Source: Salinispira sp. (GTDB lineage: Bacteria > Spirochaetota > Spirochaetia > DSM-27196 > Salinispiraceae). From it: a DNA stretch of 64,000 nucleotides. Shown here piece after piece: positions 1 to 12,362 of this stretch. The first letter of the stretch is position 1, and each line of letters opens with the position of its first letter. The translations under genes and the position numbers were made by a program. The notes under the pieces are model-generated. The model was not told the origin of the DNA, did no database searches, and worked only from the letters and a program-made list of their open reading frames with translations. Location of the stretch: NCBI GenBank assembly GCA_965226555.1, contig CBDDDG010000010.1, positions 288,001 through 352,000 of the forward strand, read 5' to 3'.

Positions 1-485
1 CTATTATCGGGAAAAATAACAGGGATAATTTGATCGCCGGCATCTTTGGTCATAATTCTATAGTAGCTTCCCTTCCAGACAGCGCGCAGAGGAATTATGA
101 CCGCGGGCAAAATACTTCTATACATGTTCCGCGCTTCTTCCCGTTGATAGTCGTGCCAGCGCGGAATAAAGACCGGAGAAAGTTCAGGATAATGCGCGGT
201 AAAGGCCGTGAGTCCTTTTTTCAGATATTCCCGCAGGTTCCGGACATTCATAAGCCCTTGAAAAGCTGCATCGGAACTATCGGGAAAGATGTTTATTCGT
301 CCTGAACTAATAAATGGGGCGATTTGCTGTTTCAGGGAGTCATCTAGCGATTCAAGAAGCGCAATGGGCGCCCGGATGCCCAGACGGATGGCAGAGCCCT
401 GTTCCTGAATGTGCTCAATAAGGGTGAGAATATGGTTCCCTGCTGTATTGATATCGTAAAATGTAAACATCGGAAGTAAACGCAT
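1..485 (-). CDS. Hypothetical protein, partial (runs off window start)
   Basis: Manual translation from ATG 485 (MRLLPMFTFYDINTAG...) stays open to position 1; no recognisable motif. Confidence 0.5.
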   Translation of the reverse strand, partial: MRLLPMFTFYDINTAGNHILTLIEHIQEQGSAIRLGIRAPIALLESLDDSLKQQIAPFISSGRINIFPDSSDAAFQGLMNVRNLREYLKKGLTAFTAHYPELSPVFIPRWHDYQREEARNMYRSILPAVIIPLRAVWKGSYYRIMTKDAGDQIIPVIFPDN

Positions 486-645
486 GTACATCTTTGTATC
501 ATATTTCAGGAAACTTTTGCATTGGAAAACTTTGTTCAGGTCATTTTTCTGTAAAAAATTTTGTAAAATGCAAAAGTTTCTGTAATAGAGTTTTTTTTCT
601 TGATGTTTGCGTATCTTTTTGATATTTTATACATAATTACTTAAT

Positions 646-2637
<1,992 letters not shown>

Positions 2638-2724
2638 CCCGATTCTTTGCGGGTGCTCGCTGGGGCGCAAGGGGCGCTTAGTTGCCGCCCTCCGCATCAT
2701 CTGAAAATGAGACCAACGAGAACT

Positions 2725-2754
2725 AAAAGGCTGCCGTAAACTGGCAGCCTTTTT
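2725..2754. terminator. Bidirectional Rho-independent terminator
   Basis: AAAAGGCTGCC-loop-GGCAGCCTTTTT between convergent groEL and mscS. Confidence 0.85.
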
Positions 2755-2760
2755 ATATGT

Positions 2761-3969
2761 TCAATCGCCGCCGCCGACTACATCGCTGCCGCCGACCACA
2801 TCGCCGCCGCCGACCACATCGCCGCCGCCGACCATGTGAAGATCAAGCTGCGGATAGGGAATAACAATACCTTCCTGCCTGAAGCAATTCCATATTGCCC
2901 GCCGAAGCCAGGCCTTTGCCTTGAGCCGATTGCGGGCATCGTGTATTCGGACAAAAACACCAAGCTCAATCCCCGAAGCTGCGAAGTCGCGGATAATCAC
3001 AGTCGGCTCTGTCTCTTTGTTTATATACGGACAGTCGCTCACAAAGACGGGCAGGAGCTTTTCCACATGCGCTATATCGGTTTCATAATGGACTTGAACA
3101 GTAACGACAACAGCAATTTCACTACTGCCGTAGCTCAAATTATGAACCGGCTTATTAATTATTTCCGAATTCGGAATAATTATTGTTTCATTGAGCACGG
3201 TATCAATAACCGAGTGGAGCAGCGTAATTTTAACAACATTACCCTCCATACTTTCCCTGCCGCTGTTTGCCAGAATAAAATCCCCTTCTTTTATGGGGCG
3301 CGATATAATAATGATAAGACCCGCGAAAAAATTTGCCACCGTATTTTGAAGACCAAAACCGATACCAATACCAAGCACACCAAAAACAAGCACAAGACTC
3401 GAAAGGTTAATGCCAATGAAACTGAGACCAAGGATGGTTATCAAAAGCATGACAGAATAACCGGTGATATTCGTCAGACTGAAGCGCAGCGAATCATCCA
3501 TCGGCAGACGATTCAGCACCTTATGCTCCACCACATGGCGGGAGGCCCTCCCCATCCATGAAGCCAGAAGGAATACCGGTATGGCGGCAATAATGGTTAC
3601 CACCGATATATTGAGATCGCCGCTTTTAAAGAATGGTTCGGTAAGAATGGCGCCTATTGCGGAAAATACCTGAAAGAATTCGGCGCCAAGGAGAAGGATA
3701 AGCAGAATAACGAATGCGGAAAAAATGAGAATTCTGAAAATAAAGCGGATTCCCCGGGTAATGGAGGTTTTATGTTCATCGGTAAACCGCGATTTGCCAA
3801 TGAGCGTATGGAACATTTTCTGCAGGATATTGAGAAAGATATACGCGAGCAGAAGGGGGAGAAGAAATTGGAGCACAAGGTCATGTAACGCAAACGGTAA
3901 AACAAGCGACCCGATGGCGATGGGAGTAGTTACAAATTCCCAGAAGTTGGCAGAGAAATTCTTAATCAT
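2761..3969 (-). CDS. MscS-family mechanosensitive ion channel
   Basis: GIGIGFGLQNTVANFFAG, IIPNS and IPYPQLDLH motifs; C-terminal 18-bp tandem repeat encoding VVGGGD. Confidence 0.9.
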   Translation of the reverse strand: MIKNFSANFWEFVTTPIAIGSLVLPFALHDLVLQFLLPLLLAYIFLNILQKMFHTLIGKSRFTDEHKTSITRGIRFIFRILIFSAFVILLILLLGAEFFQVFSAIGAILTEPFFKSGDLNISVVTIIAAIPVFLLASWMGRASRHVVEHKVLNRLPMDDSLRFSLTNITGYSVMLLITILGLSFIGINLSSLVLVFGVLGIGIGFGLQNTVANFFAGLIIIISRPIKEGDFILANSGRESMEGNVVKITLLHSVIDTVLNETIIIPNSEIINKPVHNLSYGSSEIAVVVTVQVHYETDIAHVEKLLPVFVSDCPYINKETEPTVIIRDFAASGIELGVFVRIHDARNRLKAKAWLRRAIWNCFRQEGIVIPYPQLDLHMVGGGDVVGGGDVVGGSDVVGGGD

Positions 3970-4109
3970 ATACTGATAATATCACAAAAATATCGGGGGT
4001 GTATATTTTATACTGCTCGCAGGGGATGGAGATGGACGGATCTGCGCTCAGAAAAAACCACTTGCATAGAATAAAAATATTTTGTATATTTATTGATGAG
4101 GTGATAAAC

Positions 4110-5927
4110 ATGAAACGCATTATTATTTTTGTCGTATTTGTCAATTTGCTTGCATTCTTCCAACTCAGCACAGGATGCGGCGGGGAAGCCCGGCCCGCAG
4201 AGGGCGCTGAGGAAATGTCTGAGGCAGTCGCTCCGGGTCTGAGGGTTATTGATCGTGATGTCGGCTGGGAAAGAGGACGAAGAGGCGGGGAATTTATTCT
4301 TTCGGATCTTGGTTCCGGTCCGAAGACATTTAATACTGTTCTCGCTGAAGAAACCAGTTCCACAACCATTACCGACTACATGCTCTCCGATGCTCTGGTT
4401 GAACGAAACCAGCACACACTTGAATGGGAAGCGAATCTCGCTAAGAGCTGGACAATTTCCGATGATCAGAAATCAATTACCTTCAAAATCCGTAACAATC
4501 TGAAATGGTCTGACGGCGAAGCGATTACCGCCCATGACTGGGCCGATGCGGTGAATTCTGTTATTTACAACGATGACATTCAAAGTTCCGCCATAGATGC
4601 CTACACTGTCGGCGGAGAACGCGCGCAATGGGAAGCGCTGGATGATCTCACTCTGCGCATTACTGTTGCGGAGGTATATGCCGGTTTACTCTCCATCGCC
4701 AGCACCCTGCCCCTGCCTATGCACATTATCGGGCCAATTCTCGATGCCGAAGGAGCAGAGGGTTTTAATAATCTTTGGGGTATCGATTCAGATCCTACTC
4801 AAATTCCAAGCTCAGGACCCTATGTTGTAGATGAGTACATTCCAAACCAGCGCATCGTATTCACCGCAAATCCGAATTATCATAAGCGGATAGGCAATAC
4901 CCGCCTGCCCTATCTTGAAAGAGTTACCTTTCTTTTCACCCCCGATCAGGACACTCAGCTTCAGCAGTTTCTGACCGGCGCAATTGATTTCTACTCTCTC
5001 CGCGGAGAAGATTATGCGGTTCTCATTGATGAGAAGGAACGTTTAAACTTTGAGATCTATGAAGTAGGCCCTTCCACCAGCACCAACTTTATTACCTTTA
5101 ACCAGAACCCGGATGAAGACGGCCCCGACAATGACGGAGACGCCGGCATCTCCGCCCCCAAGCTGGAATGGCTGAGCAATCTCGACTTCCGGAAGGCCAT
5201 GGCGCATCTCATTGACCGCCAGACCTACATCAACAACATTGCCTTCGGCTTCGGATACCCCCAGTACAGCTTCGTCTCCCGCTTCAGCCCCTATTACTGG
5301 GAAGATGTCGACACTGCGGCCATTACCTACGATCCTATTGAGGCAGCCACAATTCTCGACCGTATCAATTACATTGACAGAGATGGAGACGGCTGGAGAG
5401 AAGATGAAAACGGCGTCAAGATTTCCCTAATCCTTTCAACCAACGCCGGTAACCGGGTGAGAGAGGACATTGGTTCCGCCTTTGCGCAGGAAGCCGCAAA
5501 CATCGGCGTAGAAATTACCTTCCGCCCCTTGGATTTCAATGAACTTGTTACCCAGCTTGTCGCAACATACGACTGGGACATGATCCTCATCGGCTTCACC
5601 GGCTCTGTTGACCCGATCTCCGGCGCAAATGTATATCCCTCCTACGGCAATCTGCACATGATTGAACCGAATCAGGAAAGTCCGCGCAGAGACTGGGAAG
5701 TTGCGGTCGATGCCGCCTGGGTTGAAGCCAACGAAACAACCGATGAAGCGCAGCGGAAATCCGGCTTTGAGAAAATTCAGCGTGAATGGGTTGAAAACAT
5801 TCCATGGGCATACACCTATAACCCGCTCATTATGCACGCGGTTGACGGCAGCATTGGGAACGTATACACCCAGCCTGTTACCGGTTACGGCATTATCGGT
5901 ACCATTGAATATCTGTATAGGAAGTAA
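4110..5927 (+). CDS. Peptide ABC transporter substrate-binding protein (family 5), probable lipoprotein
   Basis: Signal peptide ending STGC, LAKSW..KWSDG..ITAHD and SSGPY motifs; SD GAGGTG before ATG 4110. Confidence 0.9.
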   Translation: MKRIIIFVVFVNLLAFFQLSTGCGGEARPAEGAEEMSEAVAPGLRVIDRDVGWERGRRGGEFILSDLGSGPKTFNTVLAEETSSTTITDYMLSDALVERNQHTLEWEANLAKSWTISDDQKSITFKIRNNLKWSDGEAITAHDWADAVNSVIYNDDIQSSAIDAYTVGGERAQWEALDDLTLRITVAEVYAGLLSIASTLPLPMHIIGPILDAEGAEGFNNLWGIDSDPTQIPSSGPYVVDEYIPNQRIVFTANPNYHKRIGNTRLPYLERVTFLFTPDQDTQLQQFLTGAIDFYSLRGEDYAVLIDEKERLNFEIYEVGPSTSTNFITFNQNPDEDGPDNDGDAGISAPKLEWLSNLDFRKAMAHLIDRQTYINNIAFGFGYPQYSFVSRFSPYYWEDVDTAAITYDPIEAATILDRINYIDRDGDGWREDENGVKISLILSTNAGNRVREDIGSAFAQEAANIGVEITFRPLDFNELVTQLVATYDWDMILIGFTGSVDPISGANVYPSYGNLHMIEPNQESPRRDWEVAVDAAWVEANETTDEAQRKSGFEKIQREWVENIPWAYTYNPLIMHAVDGSIGNVYTQPVTGYGIIGTIEYLYRK

Positions 5928-5990
5928 TAAAAATGTGAATACTTTAGCTTTATTATGTGGTTTCTCCGCCTCTCGTTTATCAATACTGAA

Positions 5991-6959
5991 ATGTTTCGCT
6001 ACATTCTCCGCCGCATAATTCACATTGTTCCTATACTTCTTACCGTTATTGCCATTGGGTTCCTGCTGCTTCAGCTGGCGCCCGGCGATTTTTTTACCAA
6101 ACTCTATCTTGAACAGGATTTGAGCGCGGAGACTATTGACCGCTACCGGGAGGACTTTGCTCTTGACCGCCCTTGGTATGAGCAGTTTTTTCGGTATATC
6201 TGGAATGTTCTTCAGGGAAATTTCGGATTTTCGGCTGAATACCGAGCGCCGGTTTTTGAGATAATTAAGCAGCGGGTGGGGCCGACTCTTCTTCTCAGCC
6301 TCAGCGCTCTTGCTGTCAGTTGGGGATTAAGCATTCCCATGGGTATTCTCGCCGCGCGGAAACAATACCAATGGCCCGATCAAGTCATTTCAGTACTGGC
6401 ATTTATCGGCCTTGCCATACCGAATTTCTTCCTGGCCTTTCTTATCCTCTATTTTGTTACATCAGCAAACCTCCCGCTTCCGATAGGAGGTATGACGAGT
6501 ATAAATTTCTCACAGATGGGTCCCATACAGCAGTTCTTTGATGTTCTGTGGCATCTGCTCATTCCCCTCTTTGTGCTCAGCACTTCTGCCATGGCAGGTC
6601 TTACCCGGGTTATGCGGGCAAATATGCTTGAAATTCTCAACCAGCAATACATTGTTACGGCGCGGGCGAAGGGGCAGCGCGAGAGCCTCGTCGTCTCCCG
6701 GCATGCCCTGCGCAATGCCATAAACCCCATGATAAGCCTCCTCGGTTTTCAAATTTCCAGCATTCTCGCTGGCGCCGTGCTTACCGAGGTTGTGCTGAGC
6801 TGGCCGGGGCTCGGGCAGCTGACGCTGCAGGCAATTTTAAGCCAAGATATGTTTTTGGTTATCGGGACACTTATATACAGCTCAATTCTTCTGGTTCTCG
6901 GTAATCTTATAGCAGATATTTTACTTGCGCTGAGCGATCCGCGTGTGAGGGTAGGATAA
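5991..6959 (+). CDS. Peptide ABC transporter permease (OppB/DppB-like)
   Basis: APGD, YIVTARAKG and HALRNA motifs. Confidence 0.92.
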   Translation: MFRYILRRIIHIVPILLTVIAIGFLLLQLAPGDFFTKLYLEQDLSAETIDRYREDFALDRPWYEQFFRYIWNVLQGNFGFSAEYRAPVFEIIKQRVGPTLLLSLSALAVSWGLSIPMGILAARKQYQWPDQVISVLAFIGLAIPNFFLAFLILYFVTSANLPLPIGGMTSINFSQMGPIQQFFDVLWHLLIPLFVLSTSAMAGLTRVMRANMLEILNQQYIVTARAKGQRESLVVSRHALRNAINPMISLLGFQISSILAGAVLTEVVLSWPGLGQLTLQAILSQDMFLVIGTLIYSSILLVLGNLIADILLALSDPRVRVG

Positions 6960-8323
6960 TGCCTGAAGTCTCTGAATCTGTCTGGGGCAGATATGTCCGG
7001 CGCTTTCGAAAACACAGCCTCGGAAAAATCGGGCTGGGAATCCTCGCATTCCTGTACCTTACAGCCCTTTTCGCTGAATGTATCTCCCCCTACACCATGG
7101 TCTGGGGCGATAAAACAAAACCACTTGCTCCCCCCAGCGCGCCGCAGCTCATTGCGGAATCGGCAGATGGTACCGGCAGGGTTCTCCGTCCCTTTGTATA
7201 CGAACACATTATTACGAATCAGGCGCTTCGCAGCTATGAGGCAATACCTCCCCACAGCATCAGGGCCATTGGTATGGAAACGCGCGTGCGGGTGAATGAA
7301 ATGCGTGTGTACGCCATGGCAGATTCTGCGGAACGGCGTGAACGCGAACTTGCAAATGCCATTATACGCCACTACCGTATTACCCCCAACAACCCTCTCG
7401 TTGGCGAAATACGCAAGGCAATACGGGATGTCGAAAACTCAGATAACCCGAATGCCCGGCAGGAAGTTGATCTGGGCACAACCACTATCAATTCTGTAGA
7501 AACCCGTGTTCATTTTATACTTGCTCGGGGCAACAAGAATTTCCTCCGGTTCTTCGTTCGGGGAGTTCCCTACAAATTCCTGGGTCTCATAAAAATGAAT
7601 GTTCACCTTTTCGGTTCGCCTACGGGCGGCTATTTTCCCATTGGAACTGATAAAACAGGACGCGATATTCTCAGCCGCCTCCTGTACGGATCGCGGGTAT
7701 CGCTCACTGTCGGCATTTTCGGCTCGCTTATTTCCATTGTTCTTGGTTTGCTTATCGGAGGCGCCGCCGGTTATCTGGGTGGTAAGGTCGATTATGTGCT
7801 TATGCGGATTACTGAAGTAGTCATTGCAATTCCCAGTATTTATCTTCTTTTTACCCTTCGGGCATCACTTCCCATAGGACTGACAAGTGTGCAGGTCTAC
7901 ATGATCATTGTTATCATTCTCTCCCTCATCGGCTGGTCAACAACAGCCCGGGTTGTCCGCGGTCAGATTCTCGCCATAAAAACCGAAGATTTTGTGCTCA
8001 GCGCCCGAGCCATGGGACTGAGCAAATTCAAGATACTGATCAAACATGTACTGCCGAATACGATGAGCTATGTAATTGTAAGCGTTACCCTCTCTATTCC
8101 CGGATACATTCTCGGTGAAAGCGCTCTCAGCCTGCTTGGTCTCGGTATTACTGAACCTCAGTCAAGCTGGGGGCTCATGCTTTCGGTCGGAAGAAATTTC
8201 AGAATTGTACGGGATTTTCCCTGGGTACTCATCCCCGGTTTTATGATTTTCTTATCGATATTGGCATGGAATTTCTTTGGTGATGGTGTGCGTGATGCTC
8301 TTGATCCCAAGAGTAAGCATTAG
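6959..8323 (+). CDS. Peptide ABC transporter permease (OppC/DppC-like) with large extracytoplasmic insert
   Basis: GTDKTGRDILSRLLYGSRVSL and EDFVLSARAMG motifs. Confidence 0.92.
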   Translation: MPEVSESVWGRYVRRFRKHSLGKIGLGILAFLYLTALFAECISPYTMVWGDKTKPLAPPSAPQLIAESADGTGRVLRPFVYEHIITNQALRSYEAIPPHSIRAIGMETRVRVNEMRVYAMADSAERRERELANAIIRHYRITPNNPLVGEIRKAIRDVENSDNPNARQEVDLGTTTINSVETRVHFILARGNKNFLRFFVRGVPYKFLGLIKMNVHLFGSPTGGYFPIGTDKTGRDILSRLLYGSRVSLTVGIFGSLISIVLGLLIGGAAGYLGGKVDYVLMRITEVVIAIPSIYLLFTLRASLPIGLTSVQVYMIIVIILSLIGWSTTARVVRGQILAIKTEDFVLSARAMGLSKFKILIKHVLPNTMSYVIVSVTLSIPGYILGESALSLLGLGITEPQSSWGLMLSVGRNFRIVRDFPWVLIPGFMIFLSILAWNFFGDGVRDALDPKSKH

Positions 8324-8342
8324 AAGATAGTGAGGTTAAGCC

Positions 8343-9449
8343 ATGAAAAAATTGCTGGAGATACAGGAATTACGCACCTATTTTTTTATGCCCGGATATG
8401 TTTTGCGGGCGGTTGATGGGGTGAGTTTTTCGGTTTCGGAAGGCGAAACACTGGGGATTGTCGGTGAATCCGGATGCGGTAAGAGCCAGACAGCACTTTC
8501 CATCATGGGCCTCATTCCCTCTCCTCCCGGAAAAATTGTCGGCGGGGAAATTACCTTTGAGGACACAAAACTTGTGCATTCCCTCCCCGAAGAAGAGTAC
8601 CGAAAAATTCGGGGAAATGACATTTCAATGATCTTCCAAGAACCCATGACAAGCCTTAATCCCATTTTCACAATCGGCTATCAGATCGCTGAAGCCCTTA
8701 TACTTCACCGCGACATGGAAAAGAAGGAAGCACTTGAGGAAGCAGGACGATTGTTAAAAGAAGTCGGTATATCTGACCCTGAAAACCGTATAAAAGAATA
8801 TCCCTTTCAGCTCAGCGGCGGACTGAGGCAGCGGGTCATGATCGCCATGACAATGGCCTGTCACCCGAAACTGCTCATTGCCGATGAACCGACAACAGCG
8901 CTCGATGTTACCATTCAGGCGCAAATTCTCCGCCTCATAAGAGACCTTACCGAAAAAAATAATATGGCAACCATGTTCATTACCCATGATCTTGCGGTCA
9001 TAGCCAGTTTTACAAAGCGGGTTATTGTTATGTATGCGGGAGTAATTGTCGAAGATGCCCCTGTTCTGAACATATTCAAGGAACCACTTCATCCCTATAC
9101 TCAGGGTCTCCTCAATTCCATTCCCGTTCTCTCCCGGAAATCAACAGGCAGCAGACCGAAAAATCTATCGAAAAATCTGCAGCCCATTCCCGGAAATCTG
9201 CCTGATCCAAAGATCCGCATGAAAGGCTGCAAGTTTGCTTCCCGCTGCCCGAAGGTAATGAAAAAATGCCGTGAATCGGAACCCGCCCTCGTTGAAACCG
9301 AAGCAGGCCGCAGGGTACGTTGTTTTCTCTACAGTAACACTGTCCGAAAGAACCCCTCCATTACTGACCTTGAATACCTGAGCGCACTGGGGGGTAAGCA
9401 TTGGCGGAAAGAATTCGATCGTTGGAACAAAACAGTGGAGACAGTATGA
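8343..9449 (+). CDS. Peptide ABC transporter ATP-binding protein (OppD-like)
   Basis: GESGCGKS, LSGG and DEPT motifs; C-terminal Cys cluster. Confidence 0.93.
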   Translation: MKKLLEIQELRTYFFMPGYVLRAVDGVSFSVSEGETLGIVGESGCGKSQTALSIMGLIPSPPGKIVGGEITFEDTKLVHSLPEEEYRKIRGNDISMIFQEPMTSLNPIFTIGYQIAEALILHRDMEKKEALEEAGRLLKEVGISDPENRIKEYPFQLSGGLRQRVMIAMTMACHPKLLIADEPTTALDVTIQAQILRLIRDLTEKNNMATMFITHDLAVIASFTKRVIVMYAGVIVEDAPVLNIFKEPLHPYTQGLLNSIPVLSRKSTGSRPKNLSKNLQPIPGNLPDPKIRMKGCKFASRCPKVMKKCRESEPALVETEAGRRVRCFLYSNTVRKNPSITDLEYLSALGGKHWRKEFDRWNKTVETV

Positions 9450-10609
9450 GCGACGGGAAAGTAATTCTCAGTATTCGGAATCTGAAAAAATATTTCTCCG
9501 TGAAGGCTTCATTTTTTTCATCGCAGAATCTCATTCTCAAAGCCGTTAATCATATTGATCTCGATGTATACCGCGGTGAAACTCTCGGCATTGTTGGGGA
9601 ATCGGGCTGCGGGAAGACCACAGTCGGACGCTGCATAACCCGTCTCTATGAACCCGATGAAGGACGGATATGGCTCAATCCGAATGAACAGGTGGTAAAG
9701 GACGTTTCGGCGCTCGATGATGAAATTCGGGAACTGGGAGATGAGGCAGATAAAAACAATAGAGCGCGCGCTGCGCGTGTGAGGAAGATACAAGCACTGA
9801 AAAAGCAGGCCGATGAACTCGCCCGGGAAAATGATATCCTCTGCATGAACAGGAAGCGCCTCAAGGCTTCCCGGCGTCAGATACAGCTCATCTTCCAAGA
9901 CCCCTGGGCCAGCCTCAATCCTCATATGATGGTCAAGGATATCATTGGTGAAGGGCCGAAGGAATTCGATGTATATCGGGGAGAAAGCCTCAAGGCATGG
10001 GTTCATGAACTTCTGGAGCGCGTTGGGCTTCCCAGCGCTGCCGCCAACCGCTATCCTCATGAGTTCAGCGGCGGACAACGGCAGCGAATCTGTATTGCCC
10101 GCGCGCTGGCTCTGACACCTTCCATTGTCATTTGCGATGAACCGGTATCTGCCCTTGATGTTTCAATACAGGCTCAGGTGCTGAATCTACTCGCATCTCT
10201 TCAGGAAGAATTCGAACTTACCTATATCTTCATTGCCCATGATCTGAGTGTAGTCGAATATGTTTCTGACCGGATTGCTGTTATGTATCTGGGAAAAATT
10301 GTTGAAATGGCTGAAGCGCAACAGCTGTATCAAAATCCGCGGCATCCCTATACACAAAGCCTTCTTTCATCTGTGCCGATAGCCGATCCTACCGTTAAAA
10401 ATGAGCAGATCATTCTGGAAGGAGACGTCCCCAGTCCGATAAACCCACCATCAGGATGCAGTTTTCATCCGCGCTGCCCTTATCGGAGCGAAAAATGCAC
10501 AGAAATTATACCTCTTCTGGAAAAAGATCGGGGAGGACACCGCATTGCCTGCCATAATCCTCCAAACGATCCCCCCGCCCGCCATTCGGCACATGATCTG
10601 TCATGCTGA
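9446..10609 (+). CDS. Peptide ABC transporter ATP-binding protein (OppF-like)
   Basis: GESGCGKT, FSGGQRQR and DEPVSALD motifs; ATGA overlap with the upstream stop. Confidence 0.92.
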   Translation: MSDGKVILSIRNLKKYFSVKASFFSSQNLILKAVNHIDLDVYRGETLGIVGESGCGKTTVGRCITRLYEPDEGRIWLNPNEQVVKDVSALDDEIRELGDEADKNNRARAARVRKIQALKKQADELARENDILCMNRKRLKASRRQIQLIFQDPWASLNPHMMVKDIIGEGPKEFDVYRGESLKAWVHELLERVGLPSAAANRYPHEFSGGQRQRICIARALALTPSIVICDEPVSALDVSIQAQVLNLLASLQEEFELTYIFIAHDLSVVEYVSDRIAVMYLGKIVEMAEAQQLYQNPRHPYTQSLLSSVPIADPTVKNEQIILEGDVPSPINPPSGCSFHPRCPYRSEKCTEIIPLLEKDRGGHRIACHNPPNDPPARHSAHDLSC

Positions 10610-11115
10610 AGATACGAAGCCGTATTTCCCTGCGCCGCAGAGAATCCAATGCTCTTCTCATTGAATGGAACATAATCGGCAGGCTGCTGAATTTTTCTGC
10701 CTTCATCCTTCTTCTTACGGTAGTTATCTATGCGCTCGCCATTGCCGGTGAACGCTTTTCTCTCTTTGGCGGATTCCTCACCCTGTTTTTTGGGCTGATA
10801 TTCTTCTGCAAGGCCGCCATGAACACCCAATACCTGTTCTCAATACAGCGGGGAACACTCACAATTACCCGAAGCCTCGCCGGCATTCCGCTGACGCGTC
10901 AGCGCATTCGGCTTGAAACAATTACGGCTGTTTCCCTGAGCGCCATTGAATATGACGTACAGAAACGTGAAACTTCCGGCCTGTATTATTTGAAACTCTC
11001 ACTGAGCGGATTAGAAACAGCGCATATCAGCATCGATGAATCAACCGACTCCCACGAACTTCGCGCGTACGGCGTCACATTGAGCAGCTACCTTGGTATC
11101 CATTTCGATGAATGA
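10603..11115 (+). CDS. Hypothetical membrane protein (two TM helices)
   Basis: 170-aa ORF overlapping the oppF end, with hydrophobic segments. Confidence 0.6.
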   Translation: MLKIRSRISLRRRESNALLIEWNIIGRLLNFSAFILLLTVVIYALAIAGERFSLFGGFLTLFFGLIFFCKAAMNTQYLFSIQRGTLTITRSLAGIPLTRQRIRLETITAVSLSAIEYDVQKRETSGLYYLKLSLSGLETAHISIDESTDSHELRAYGVTLSSYLGIHFDE

Positions 11116-11141
11116 TATATTGAAACAATGAGGGGCTGCAT

Positions 11142-12362
11142 ATGAACAGGTTAACCGATGATGAAATTATTCTTCTCCTGAAGGGCGGCGAGTCAGACAG
11201 AATCGAATATAAAGAATCATTTAAGGGAGATGTTCCGACAAAGGCGCGGAGGGCAGTATGTGCCTTTGCCAATGATCTGCCTAATCATAAAAAACCCGGA
11301 ATACTCATCATTGGCTTGCGGGACAACGGAGAACCTTCCAATTATTCAATTACCGACAGCCTCCTCCGATCATTAACTGATATGGCACGTGACGGAAATA
11401 TAGTGCCGTTACCCGTTCTCTCCGTCGAAAAACGGACCCTGAAAAATACAGAAATGGCAGTTGTAACCGTCATGCCCTCCGACATGCCGCCGATACGATA
11501 TGATGGGCAGATATGGATTCGCATCGGCCCCCGCCAAGCTATTGCCAACAGACAGGAAGAGCGCATTCTCAATGAAAAAAGGCGGTACAAAGATATTCCC
11601 TTCGATATTTGCCCGGTACCCTCGGGGAAAATTTCCGACCTGTCCAAGTCCATTTTTGAAAACGACTATCTTCCTGCAGCCTTTTCACCGGATGTTCTGA
11701 AGGAAAACAACCGCAGCTATGAGGAACAGCTTTCATCGTGCAAAATGATTGTTTCACCGGATGATACGACCCCGACAATTCTCGGTCTGCTCGCTATCGG
11801 AAAATCTTCGCAGGATTTTATTCCCGGGGCATCAATTCAATTTCTGAGAATTAATGGAACTGAATTAACAGATGATATAATTGATGAAGAGAAAATCGGC
11901 GGAAACATTGCCGAAGTCCTGCGCCGCATAATTGAGAAACTCACCTCACACAGCCGTACTGCCATCGATGTAACATCTGCCCCAACTCATAATATGAAAC
12001 CGACATATCCCATGACAGCCATACATCAGATTGTGTACAATGCCGTCATGCACAGAACCTACGAGGGAACAAACGCGCCAACACGGATATATTGGTATAA
12101 TGACCGTATTGAAATTACCAGCCCCGGAGGACCGTACGGGAATGTTACCCCGGAAAATTTCGGTGAACCGGGAATAACCGATTACCGGAATCCTAACATT
12201 GCAGATGTTATGAAAACCTATGGCTTTGTACAGGCCTTCGGAAGGGGCATTGATATAGCGCGCGCAGCGCTCGAAGAAAACGGAAATCCGAAACCGGAGT
12301 TTGAAGTAGATAAAAGTATTATCATGTGTATTATCAGAAATAAGAAAAAAGGCGAGACATGA
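11142..12362 (+). CDS. Schlafen/AlbA_2 domain plus HATPase_c_4 (RecG C-terminal-like) protein
   Basis: ESDRIEYKES..AVCAFAN..GILIIGLRDNG; NAVMHRTY..DRIEITSPG..RNPNIA..GRGI. Confidence 0.8.
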   Translation: MNRLTDDEIILLLKGGESDRIEYKESFKGDVPTKARRAVCAFANDLPNHKKPGILIIGLRDNGEPSNYSITDSLLRSLTDMARDGNIVPLPVLSVEKRTLKNTEMAVVTVMPSDMPPIRYDGQIWIRIGPRQAIANRQEERILNEKRRYKDIPFDICPVPSGKISDLSKSIFENDYLPAAFSPDVLKENNRSYEEQLSSCKMIVSPDDTTPTILGLLAIGKSSQDFIPGASIQFLRINGTELTDDIIDEEKIGGNIAEVLRRIIEKLTSHSRTAIDVTSAPTHNMKPTYPMTAIHQIVYNAVMHRTYEGTNAPTRIYWYNDRIEITSPGGPYGNVTPENFGEPGITDYRNPNIADVMKTYGFVQAFGRGIDIARAALEENGNPKPEFEVDKSIIMCIIRNKKKGET